DNA of 63,910 nucleotides, the filler included, from Octopus bimaculoides (Eukaryota), in NCBI RefSeq assembly GCF_001194135.2. It is 4 parts of 4 records of this genome, joined end to end, with 100 filler letters (N's around TTAATTAATTAA, not from the genome) between each part and the next. Parts side by side here need not be neighbours in the genome. Positions count along the whole stretch, not along the records: positions 1 to 21,226 come from NC_069010.1; positions 21,327 to 39,271 come from NC_068990.1; 2 more parts are not named here. One strand, given 5' to 3'. This document shows, one piece after another, positions 11,500-22,664 of the stretch (position 1 is its first letter; every line of letters begins with the position of its first letter). A program made the position numbers and the translations under genes. The notes beneath the pieces are model-generated. The model was given only the letters and a program-made list of their open reading frames with translations. It was not told where the DNA came from and did not search any database.

Positions 11500-12280
11500 G
11501 GATGGATAAATACCTTTCTTTATTAGCCACGCAGGTCCGAACACAGAAGGGACAATACAATGTAGCACTTTTCTTTTTGAAAGAAAGAAAAAAATACAAA
11601 TAAAAGGGATCAAAAGCATTTGGGATGTGTAAACAGCAAAATAAGGGTCAAGGTGCAAATGTAAAACAGATTAGGTTTATCCATGGAAAGCAAAGCCTCA
11701 GGTAACCTATGGTAACCTATGGTAACCTGAGGCAGGGAAAGAAACACAGGAGAGCAAAGCGCTGACTCTCTCTTTTGGATTTAAAAGGATCATGCTTCAA
11801 GGATCTTTGGTACATTCCCCCACCTTTTATGGAAACTTTCAGGAGACAAAACTTGCCTCTCTCTATTTTCACTTTCCTTTTCAAGTGGTTCTCGAAAAAG
11901 TTGATGAGCAATTGGCCAAAGAGGGAAATGTTTGTCTCTAAGCCTTTCGAATGAGTCCACCACACACATTCTTTCACCACGGTCACCAGTACAATGGAAA
12001 GTGGCAGGGCAATATTCATGATAGACATGGCCGATAACCGAATTCGTCTTATACATGATTGCAGCCATTCAACAGAAGCCCACAGGTCTGACATGGTCGG
12101 ACACTGCAGAACGGTTTCATTGCTCTGACCACAAGTTGGTCCAGTGTTTCTCGAACCATGCTTGTAGAGCTTATCCTGAATGGGCAATGCTTCCCAATAG
12201 CTCAGCCAGGCCAGAGACCTCTGGTGATTGTCCATAGGTCCTGGCTATGTTTTCATTAATCAATTAAAGGAGTCGTTGCT
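11500..12280 (-). mobile_element. L1/Tx1-like LINE 3' fragment (degenerate ORF2 C-terminus and 3' UTR)
   Basis: ORF 11717-12235 has a zinc-knuckle-like PTCGQSNETV-LQCP-LW motif and F-HLKRKVKIER; AATAAA at 11519-11524 precedes a simple-repeat tail. Confidence 0.75.
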
Positions 12281-12354
12281 TCCATAATGACATTATTTCT
12301 TTATATTTATATTTACAACACATCGAACATCATTAATCTCTACAATCTGCTCAC

Positions 12355-12594
12355 CTGGATTCTTCCTATGGCCACTCTTCACCCCTGCAGGCTTCAGTTT
12401 CAGTTCAAATCATTTGAGCACTTCTACATGTCTTCTATATTCAGCACCTCTGGGTCGCCCTTCTTCACTGTACACACACACAAATGGTGGGAACATTCTG
12501 CAAACACGTTTTCTTGTTCTGATCTTCACAAGATCTCACCACCACGTGCTGCTGTAGTCGTGTGTTGTCGTCTCAACATTCATAATGTTATTCA
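12355..12594 (-). other. Candidate non-coding (5' UTR) exon
   Basis: Acceptor tttgtattgtttcag| and donor CCAG|gtgagc; 240 nt; stops in all three frames. Confidence 0.4.
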
Positions 12595-12952
12595 CTGAAA
12601 CAATACAAAACTATTTTCTGAGCCAGCAATTTTATGTCAGTTCATTTCTCTCACATCTCCTCCTCCACCTCCTCTTCCCTTCTTCTTCTTCTATCTTTAT
12701 TTTTTCTGATTCATGGCTTATAATTAATACAGAGATAGCATATTTATCTTTCCAGTTATTCCAGAAGTAAATGCCCAGAATATTCTTTACAGAAACCACC
12801 TAATAAGTAATTAATTAACTACATGAATGAATATTAAACTGATTCTACGTAATATTTCCTTTTTAATGTTGATAATTGATATAAATACACAGGTTTTTAT
12901 CCTGTTTTTATCCTTACTGTAGAGGGGCCAGAAACACATTGACCAGTGTCCA

Positions 12953-13168
12953 GCGAGCTGGCAGAAACGTTAACACGCCGGGCGAAATGCTCAGCGGTAT
13001 TTCGTCAGCCGTTACGTTCTGAGTTCAAATTCCGCCGAGGTCGACTTTGCCTTTCATCCTTTCGGGGTTGATCAAATAAGTACTAGTTACGCACTGGGGT
13101 CGATATAATCGACTTAATCCGTTCGTCCCCTCTGTGTGTAGCTCCTTGCGGGCAGTAAAGAAATAAGA
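12953..13168 (+). mobile_element. Family C SINE
   Basis: gcgagctggcagaaacgtt...gttctgagttcaaattccgccgagg...aaagaaataag. Confidence 0.9.
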
Positions 13169-14974
13169 AACACTTTGTCCAGTATATTCTTCTTCAAGGT
13201 GATAAGGTATGGATTGTGGTCGATTTAGCTACTATTTCTAGCAGATCTATCCACCACAAAGAAATCCCTTTACTGGTTTGTCTCTCTTGTTGTTAGAGAT
13301 TAACTTCTGAAATAAAGATAAATTTTAAAATGTTCATTTGTTGTTGTTGCTGTTGTTGTATGTCTAAGCACCTCCCTAAACACTAAAGACAGTTTTAATA
13401 TCCGCCGGTATATTCATAGTTATCTCCCTTCATTTCTAGCCAGAGGTTCTCAAACCTTTTTGAGCCGTCGCCCACCTTCTAATCTATCCATATTACCAGG
13501 AAAGGAATCGTAGTCAAACTGACAAATAAAAGAAAAAAAAACCCAACTTCGGTGAAGGTAAAATTAATGGAAATGAATTCGGTCCTGTCATCAAACACTT
13601 TGATTTCTCTACCTTTATTTGCAGACACTTTGCCTCCAACTTTGAACACTCTGAAATAAATATCAAAAAGTTTTGCAAGTCATAGTCCCATCAATGGTCA
13701 ACTAGTGACCACTATGGCTTTGGTCAACATTTTAATAGCGTTTTATCTATTTATATATCCATATTTCATGATTGATGGATAAAACTCCGAGACTTGGGCA
13801 CAATAGTGCAAGGGACATAACTTTGAAATATTCACGTATATTTTTTTGAGTTGTCTCCCATGGTGAACCAAACTATTCCTCTCAGCTTAGGCCACGGATG
13901 GTACGACCAGACGAAGCTTATTCATGATCGAGAAGGAGTGCAACGAAACACAATCCATCCGTGACTCTTCCATCATATAAGGCATATATCAAGGCATATG
14001 GAAGCTTCTATTNNNNNNNNNNNNNNNNNNNNNNNNNNNNNNNNNNNNNNNNNNNNNNNNNNNNNNNNNNNNNNNNNNNNNNNNNNNNNNNNNNNNNNNN
14101 NNNNNNNNNNNNNNNNNNNNNNNNNNNNNNNNNNNNNNNNNNNNNNNNNNNNNNNNNNNNNNNNNNNNNNNNNNNNNNNNNNNNNNNNNNNNNNNNNNNN
14201 NNNNNNNNNNNNNNNNNNNNNNNNNNNNNNNNNNNNNNNNNNNNNNNNNNNNNNNNNNNNNNNNNNNNNNNNNNNNNNNNNNNNNNNNNNNNNNNNNNNN
14301 NNNNNNNNNNNNNNNNNNNNNNNNNNNNNNNNNNNNNNNNNNNNNNNNNNNNNNNNNNNNNNNNNNNNNNNNNNNNNNNNNNNNNNNNNNNNNNNNNGAG
14401 AGAGAGTGAGGCTGGAGGAGAGGGGAGAGAGAGTGAGGCTGGAGGAGAGAGAGAAAGGACCGGTTTCTAACCTAGATCCAAGGCTCCTTCATTGGAATTT
14501 CAACATCAACACCAGGGTATTTTTGTATGTATGTATGTATACGTGTGTGTGTATGTGTGTGTATGTGCGTGTGAAATGAATGTACAAGTGGCTGAGCGCT
14601 CCGCAGGCACGCGTAGTTTTCTGGGAGATCCAGCGTGAGGCAGAGTGTGACAAGAGTGGCCCTTTTTGAATTTTTACTAGGTGAGTGGACTGGGTGAACC
14701 TGAAATGAAATGCTTGCTCAAGGATACAACGCGTTACTGGGTATTGAACTCACTACTTTGCGATGGTGAGGCGAATGCCCCAACCACTAAACAGAATAAG
14801 TAAGAGGTCGACAAAAACATTCCAAGGCGGTGCTCCAGCATGGCCGCAGTCACATGATCGAAACAAATAAAAAGAATACATGCATACATACACACATACG
14901 TCTATGTGCATACATACATACATGCATACATACACACATACGTCTATGTGCATACATACATACCTACAGATGAA

Positions 14975-15440
14975 GTTGACCACATTGAGACCGATGGGTC
15001 AAAAGAATATTGGCATCGTTGTGTGGGACCCACGAAAAAAAAAGATCCGTTCTGTGATGGAAATCAGCTGCCGCCCCTCCGACCCCTCCGCCCCGGACAC
15101 GGATGGGGTTAGAGAAATACAAAAGAAGGAATACTTCTATGCACCTTTAATAAGGAGTTTGAAAATCCAGTACCCAAGGTACGCTTTCAGTTTCATACCC
15201 ATTATTATTGGGGAAATAGGGTACATACCGACCCACCTGGAGCAAAGTATGGCCGAAGATGGGATCTTGGAGAGAGAGAGAGAGAGAATGCAAATCCTTA
15301 ATTCCTATCTTACAAATGATCGAAATATCTGGGAGTATAAATATATGGAAAGGGCCATCTAAAGATTTAAAGGATGACGGTTAAAACAAGATGCGTCCCT
15401 TCATAACCTTGCTACCAAATATGGAGGCTGGTCAGAGTTT
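14975..15440 (+). mobile_element. RLE-clade (R4/Dong/NeSL-like) non-LTR retrotransposon, endonuclease-domain remnant
   Basis: IVVWD-KK--MEISC-P-D...KKEYFYAPL...YPRYAFSFIPIIIGEIGYIP matches the (P)D..D/ExK RLE C-terminus. Confidence 0.8.
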
Positions 15441-15943
15441 TACTTGAAATTCAAAAGAGAAAGAAAAGAACATACATACATACATACACAGAACACTCGC
15501 ATACATGCATAGAGACATTCCTACACACCCGTAGAGAGCATACTCCTCACCACCACCGCATGCATTCCTCAGAGGCATCCACTTCCTCCCCATCACCATA
15601 TTTTCCCGTCCCCACCGCCTTCCCCGCTTCCAATAATTCTATAGTTTACATGTCATATCTATGATTGCTTCATCTTCTCCCCCACCACACACTTCTCTCG
15701 CTTTCATTTTGGTAACTACTTCCTTCCTTCGTATAAGCACTCCAGTTCTGTCTGGAAATTAATGATAAAAGACTCAATTTACTCCATATTTTATTTTATT
15801 CTAAACTATCACTGAGCAAAACATTATATAATGTCCAATGGAATTGTGTTGTGTCATTATGAAACTATTATTCAGATAATCTAACGTATTATTCCAATAA
15901 TCTCATATTCTGAGACTAATATTATAGGCCAATATTCTAGTAC

Positions 15944-16082
15944 CAAATCCACTCACAAGGCTTTGGTCGGCCCGAGGCTATAGTAGAAGACACTTGCCCA
16001 AGGTGCCACGCAGTGGGACTGAATCCGTAACCATGTGTTGGTAAGCAAGCTACTTACTACAGAGCCCCTCCTGCGCCTATAT
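15944..16082 (-). mobile_element. Family D SINE 5' part, running up to a gap
   Basis: Reverse complement of ggcgcagg...gtaagtagcttgcttacc...gggcaagtgtcttctactatagcc. Confidence 0.85.
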
Positions 16083-16341
16083 ATNNNNNNNNNNNNNNNN
16101 NNNNNNNNNNNNNNNNNNNNNNNNNNNNNNNNNNNNNNNNNNNNNNNNNNNNNNNNNNNNNNNNNNNNNNNNNNNNNNNNNNNNNNNNNNNNNNNNNNNN
16201 NNNNNNNNNNNNNNNNNNNNNNNNNNNNNNNNNNNNNNNNNNNNNNNNNNNNNNNNNNNNNNNNNNNNNNNNNNNNNNNNNNNNNNNNNNNNNNNNNNNN
16301 NNNNNNNNNNTATATATAGATAGATAGATATATAGATATAT

Positions 16342-16408
<67 letters not shown>

Positions 16409-16610
16409 TACGAGGGTGAGTCAAAAAGTAATGCCATTTTGTTTAGGACAGGTATAATTACCAACACAGGGATATGTATCATACATCAAAATGAAGCTGG
16501 TCGTCTGTGGATCGCATCACTACTTCTCAACATAATCACCGTTTCTCTCAATAGCAACGTTCCACCTTCGAATAAGAGCATGTATCCCTGCCCCGTAAAA
16601 TTCTGTTGAT
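16409..16610 (-). mobile_element. mariner transposon 3' end with TIR
   Basis: TA + cgagggtgagtcaaaaagtaat TIR; minus strand encodes WNVAIERNGDYVEK*, a typical mariner C-terminus. Confidence 0.8.
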
Positions 16611-16902
16611 TATGAAAATTAACGTGGCGGTCACAGACGATCATTTTAATCTATAGACAGGACAATGATTAACAAAATTACACAAAGACAACGAGTTAAG
16701 AGCAAACAGAATGTTTTTACGCGTTGAGAATCAAAAGTGGTAAGAGTTCAGGTGATATTTCGGTGAGAGTGTAGTGCTAGAGTCTCATTCATTGCTGTGA
16801 AATTGGTTAAAGGTAAAGCACTTACGAAACATTTACAGGCGATCTTTCCATACTAGAACGCAACAACATCTGGTTGCATGATCGTATAGTGTGTTGATGT
16901 GT

Positions 16903-17075
16903 TTAAAGTTTCAGTTCCGATGGCACCTTACTCACTCGCACCTTGGCCACACGTTTGCCGCAGTACGAAGGCAAGAGCACCCATTCCTCTGTCCTTATTG
17001 CTTCTGTGGAGTGCTTTATTGCTTCCTCCTCCGTTGTGAAGCGCACCTCCACAGTGGCGTATCTCCTCCCTATAC
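16903..17075 (-). mobile_element. Probable LINE ORF1-like fragment in a rearranged repeat
   Basis: IGRRYATVEVRFTTEEEAIKHSTEAIRTEEWVLLPSYCGKRVAKVRVSKVPSE; flanked by 35-bp direct repeats. The ORF1 assignment is from recall of similar repeats. Confidence 0.5.
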
Positions 17076-18672
17076 TGATTACATGATCGTATAGTGTGTT
17101 TATGTGTTTAAAGTTTGAGAACCGTATGCATCTGAGGGGGAGAAGGTTTGAGTTTCTATTTAATGTTGTCTTTAAAAACAACCACACTATACGATCATGT
17201 AATCAGTATGCGTGCGCGCAACGACCGGAAGTTGTGGTGGNNNNNNNNNNNNNNNNNNNNNNNNNNNNNNNNNNNNNNNNNNNNNNNNNNNNNNNNNNNN
17301 NNNNNNNNNNNNNNNNNNNNNNNNNNNNNNNNNNNNNNNNNNNNNNNNNNNNNNNNNNNNNNNNNNNNNNNNNNNNNNNNNNNNNNNNNNNNNNNNNNNN
17401 NNNNNNNNNNNNNNNNNNNNNNNNNNNNNNNNNNNNNNNNNNNNNNNNNNNNNNNNNNNNNNNNNNNNNNNNNNNNNNNNNNNNNNNNNNNNNNNNNNNN
17501 NNNNNNNNNNNNNNNNNNNNNNNNNNNNNNNNNNNNNNNNNNNNNNNNNNNNNNNNNNNNNNNNNNNNNNNNNNNNNNNNNNNNNNNNNNNNNNNNNNNN
17601 NNNNNNNNNNNNNNNNNNNNNNNNNNNNNNNNNNNNNNNNNNNNNNNNNNNNNNNNNNNNNNNNNNNNNNNNNNNNNNNNNNNNNNNNNNNNNNNNNNNN
17701 NNNNNNNACGTGACCTGAATTAAAGTAGTAGGGAAATTATATAACGGTCCAAAAACCCGCCAGGGTCAATGGACGGGCGGTTAATAAGTGAAAGGGGGTA
17801 AGGGGCGGCGCAAGCACTGCCGGAATTTGAACAAAGACCCCTTCCAACACTTACACCACTGATGCACCGCCTGACGGGCAATTTGCAAGTGAAAATTAAG
17901 ACTCATAAACCTAACTTTTCCCACACAGTTCAATCACACTAATTTTGTATTCAGTGTGATTGACTCAGAAATTGAACTGGCACCCATCATAGAACGACAC
18001 CAATCTTTTTGATAGAAAGAAAAAATTTAATTCTTACAATGGTGTAGGAGTTTATTAAAACTTGTCCTTCCCGTCATGCCACGCTAAGCCGAGTTAAAGA
18101 CAGATTGTACTAGAATTGCACGATAATCATTAAACCTTTCGGTTGTCAATTATGTATACAATAATTCATTTTAATGGCATACTCTTTTCTGCCCTTGCTC
18201 GTCTCCGTGTTCCTGCCTAATAAATATATATCTATAAACTTACTTAGAAATGGATGCGTGGCGTTCAATCATATAATAATATATATAAGTGTATATGCAT
18301 ATGTACGTGCATACAGATACATGCATATATATGTATATATATATACATATACATGCATATATATGTATATATGGGTACAGGGTGCCACAAAACGTCGTTT
18401 GGTTTGTTGTATGTCTCCATTGTCCTGTAAATCCCAAATTTCGTTTTGGTTCGCGGCAGCAACTGCCTTTCGAAGACTTATATTGTCCTTAATTGCTCGA
18501 GATGAGGAGCAAGGGTCGGTCTTTATGTTACTTGTCTTGTTCTCCATTTGTTTCGTTGTTCGCAGACCCAAGTTTCTCTTCGTATTTCATGTTGGTGACG
18601 TCCTGTACCAATATATGCATATCTATATATGCATGTACATGTATATGCACATATGTATATATATACATATAC

Positions 18673-18703
<31 letters not shown>

Positions 18704-19326
18704 CAAACACACATATATGTGTGTGTGTGTGTTTGTATACGAAATTCGCCCATCGCAGTCCTTCAGCACGTGCAGCTTCCTGCTTAGGTACAATATCCTG
18801 CTGAAATCCAAACTGTATCTTACTGTTTACATCATCATCATCATCATCATCATAATTATTCATTGCCAGCACCACTACCACAATAACAATAATAATAATA
18901 ATAATAATAACCACCATCTTCATCATCATCATCAACATCTTTATCACCACCATCACTACGACTAGTCTCATCACCATTATTATTAGCTTCACCACCACCA
19001 CCACCATCACCATCATCATCATGATATATATTTGTTGGCGTCATTTCTTGGAAGATCGCGGGACACACCCAGTCTATCCAGAGCCATGCACTCAATTTAT
19101 TTCACAATTAATTCTAAAGGAACCGCAATTAATTTTTTTCGTCTGCAGCAGACATTCAGTTGTGGCAGCGACATAGATTCGGGATGGGTCATTCTCTGGT
19201 CTGGAACCTTCGGCCTACAGGTCCGTTTTGCTATGGGCTCCCAGTTGAACAATGGCTTGTGAATGAAGTATCTAAGGCGGAAACTGTACGGAAGCTCATC
19301 GTCTGTGCGTATGTGTATGTACTAAG

Positions 19327-19360
<34 letters not shown>

Positions 19361-19689
19361 NNNNNNNNNNNNNNNNNNNNNNNNNNNNNNNNNNNNNNNN
19401 NNNNNNNNNNNNNNNNNNNNNNNNNNNNNNNNNNNNNNNNNNNNNNNNNNNNNNNNNNNNNNNNNNNNNNNNNNNNNNNNNNNNNNNNNNNNNNNNNNNN
19501 NNNNNNNNNNNNNNNNNNNNNNNNNNNNNNNNNNNNNNNNNNNNNNNNNNNNNNNNNNNNNNNNNNNNNNNNNNNNNNNNNNNNNNNNNNNNNNNNNNNN
19601 NNNNNNNNNNNNNNNNNNNNNNNNNNNNNNNNNNNNNNNNNNNNNNNNNNNNNNNNNNNNNNNNNNNNNNNNNNNNNNNNNNNNNNNNA

Positions 19690-19985
19690 TAGGTCTCTTT
19701 TGCCGAACCGCTAAGTTACGGGTATGTAAACACACCATCATCGGTTGTCAAACGATGTTGGGGGGACAAACACAGACACACAAACACACACACACACATA
19801 TATATATATATACATATATACGAGGGCTTCTTTCAGCTTCCGTCTACCAAATCCACTGAGAAGGCTTTGGTCGGCCCGAGGCTGTAGTAGAAGACACTTG
19901 CCCAAGGTGCCACGCAGTGGGATTGAACCCGGAACCATGTGGTTGGCAAGCAAGCTACTTACCACACAGCCACTCCTACACCTAC
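19690..19985 (-). mobile_element. Family D SINE with internal microsatellite
   Basis: Full head (aggagtggctgtgtggtaagtagc on the minus strand) and body. Confidence 0.88.
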
Positions 19986-19989
19986 ACCT

Positions 19990-20031
<42 letters not shown>

Positions 20032-20874
20032 TATGTATATATCATACATATATACATAAATACACACATATATAATGCATGTGTGCGTGTGTGTGTGCGT
20101 ATGAAGTAGATACACAGAGGCAGCGACGAGCCAATACATGTTTTGTGCTGGACAAAAGAGCCCGGATAATGGACATTGTATTTCGCCAGTCGAGCGATGA
20201 ATGCCTGTCTGTGCGTTTGCGTGTTGCACCATCTCCGTTTTGCATGTATGGTGCAGCATGTGCATGCGTGCTTCTATGCATATGAGTGCGTGCGTTCACG
20301 CGTTTATATATATATATATATATATGTATATGTATATATATACTTATGTATAATTAACTGATCCTTCCTGTGTTTTCTTTTACCCAAAGCCGGGAAGCTT
20401 TCAGCATCCCACCCTCGGGTGTATATATATACCCGAGTGTATGATTGGAGGTGCGTACGTACGTGTGTTTGTGCATGTGTTTTTTTCCCCGACTCCGTTT
20501 GGCGACCGGTGTTGGTTTGTTTAGCGGTTCGGCCCTTGAGACCACTTGAAGAAGTACTGGGTCCGATTTCTTTGAATGAGGCCCTTCAAAGCCCCAGTTG
20601 TTGCAGCACGTGAGCACGAGTTAGCCGCGAGCGAAGGGCTCGGAATTTGCCTGCGTCCAATGGCATGTGTGTTTTTCGCAGCCCGTTTGGCTTCTCGGTC
20701 TTTCAGTAGAAGAAGATCAACATTGGAAGGTTCCATGACCGCTTGCACTACATTTGTGGTGTCGGCAGAGCTTGTAAGGCTCTCTGTGTGATTGGTGGCA
20801 TGTCTGGGGGCGACACCATAAACAGCAACGGCCCCCAATATTAGTTCCATGAGGCATTCCACTGTTACTGTCTC

Positions 20875-21090
20875 CTGGCTCTGCCCCCACCATCTCTTGA
20901 CAACCGATGTTGAGTGTTTACGTCCCTGTAACTTAGCAGTTCGGCAAAAGAAACCGATAAAATAAGTCTGAAAGAGACACCATAAACAGCAGCGGCCCCA
21001 ATAAAGCTCCGGGGTCGATTTCTTCCCTTTAAAATGGTGCTCCAGCATGGCCTCAGTCAAATGACTGAAACAAGTAAGAAAGAAAGTAAA
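20875..21090 (+). mobile_element. Family D SINE 3' half carrying a locally templated insertion
   Basis: ttgacaaccgatgttg...ggtgctccagcatggcc...gactgaaacaagtaag. Confidence 0.8.
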
Positions 21091-21226
21091 AGAACACACA
21101 CACATGTATATACATATATACACGTACTCCTAGGTACACGTGTACAAGTGTATGTACAGTTTCTGCCGTTATTGCTAAAAGATATGAAAGGAGTGAACCG
21201 TTGCCCTCCGTCCCCCACGTCCCTCT

Positions 21227-21326
21227 NNNNNNNNNNNNNNNNNNNNNNNNNNNNNNNNNNNNNNNNNNNNTTAATTAATTAANNNNNNNNNNNNNNNNNN
21301 NNNNNNNNNNNNNNNNNNNNNNNNNN
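21227..21326. other. Artificial assembly linker N44-TTAATTAATTAA-N44
   Basis: Exactly 100 bp; the same structure recurs at 39272 and 62807. Confidence 0.95.
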
Positions 21327-21360
<34 letters not shown>

Positions 21361-21497
21361 GGCTATTTGTGTTTGTGAAATTTACTATTAAAAAGCTTCC
21401 AGCAGTCGACATACAATGCGTTATGATTGCGATAAGAAATGTCATAGTGAAATTTTGCGTCCGTGTTAGTATATAAGTATGCATTTGTGTGTGTATT

Positions 21498-21536
<39 letters not shown>

Positions 21537-22633
21537 CTGAGTGTGCACGCGCTCGTTTGAGTGCGTGTTTGTGTGGATGTTTGCGTGTGTATGCTCTTGA
21601 GTGTGTTTAGCTGTGTGTGTAATTGTGTGTGTGTATCTGAGTATTTGTGTATTTTTGCATGTTTGTGTTTGTGGTTTTGTATGTTTCTATATGTCTACGC
21701 GTGTGTGTGTGTAAATGAGTGGTCATACGCCGAGGTCAACGACAGGATCTGCTTTTGTCGGTTAGAAAAGACAAAGGCAAGTAGGAGGATGGAAATATTT
21801 GAGAGAAGGTCAGCGATGAAAGGGAAAGGGGTTTAGGTGAATGAAGGAGATTATATAAACGGAAGGATGGGAGCTGAAATCAGAAGGGAAGAGGCAGGAC
21901 GGACAGAACGATATTGGACGAAAGAGGAAAGATTAAAACAGAGACAGGCAGAGTGGGAGGGAGAAATAGTAACAGACTGGGAGAGAGAAAGGGAGAGGGA
22001 GAGAGGCAACGGGAAATAGCGTGAGTGAGAGAGATTCAAAGAGAAAGAGTGAAAGAAAGAGAGACAGTCGGACAAACAGACAGGTAGAAAGAGAAAGATA
22101 CAGACATACTGAGAGAGATGGGAGACAGAAGAGAAAGAGAAAGAAAGAAAGGGAGAGAATGAGAGACAAAGACAACCGATGAAATAGACCGAGACAGAAA
22201 GAGAAAGGAGGATCACGAGAGAGAGAGAGAAAGAGAGAGAGAGAAAGAGAGAGACCGATTGAGAGGAAGAGAGATAGAGAGAAAGATATGTAGAGGCAGT
22301 GACGGAGGGATAATCAGAGGTTTATAGAACGTCAAAATAGAAAAAAAAAAACAGTATTTCCGCTCAAGAATAGGAAATATACAAATAAACGGACGCCATT
22401 TTCTCCTATTTTCGAATTGAATTATATCAAACGCCATAAGAATGTTTTTCATTCACTTAAGACGACAGATCGTAAATAATAAATTATAACTGTTTCGTAT
22501 TAGACCGTTAATAGTTAAATCAATCAAGTACGGGAAGATTTGATCGAAACGGGTGTCAGCCTGAACTAGATAACACTTTGGTTGAGTATGGTACTGCTTG
22601 GGCATCTCTCTTCTTCTTCTTCTTCTTCTTCTT

Positions 22634-22662
<29 letters not shown>

Positions 22663-22664
<2 letters not shown>

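Noticed and set aside
13893-13963. 9-bp stem enclosing CAGACGA...GAAAC (hammerhead-like)
   Set aside because: Core U4 is replaced by A, there is no stem II or III pairing, and the stem is not adjacent to the core.
17772-17781. gacgggcggt, resembling the universal SSU rRNA 1392 motif
   Set aside because: The match stops after 10 nt; the flanks are not rRNA-like.
20414-20437. Hairpin ctcgggt-gtatatatat-acccgag
   Set aside because: Short and partly due to a TA repeat; too long a loop and wrong sequence for a known motif such as the histone stem-loop.
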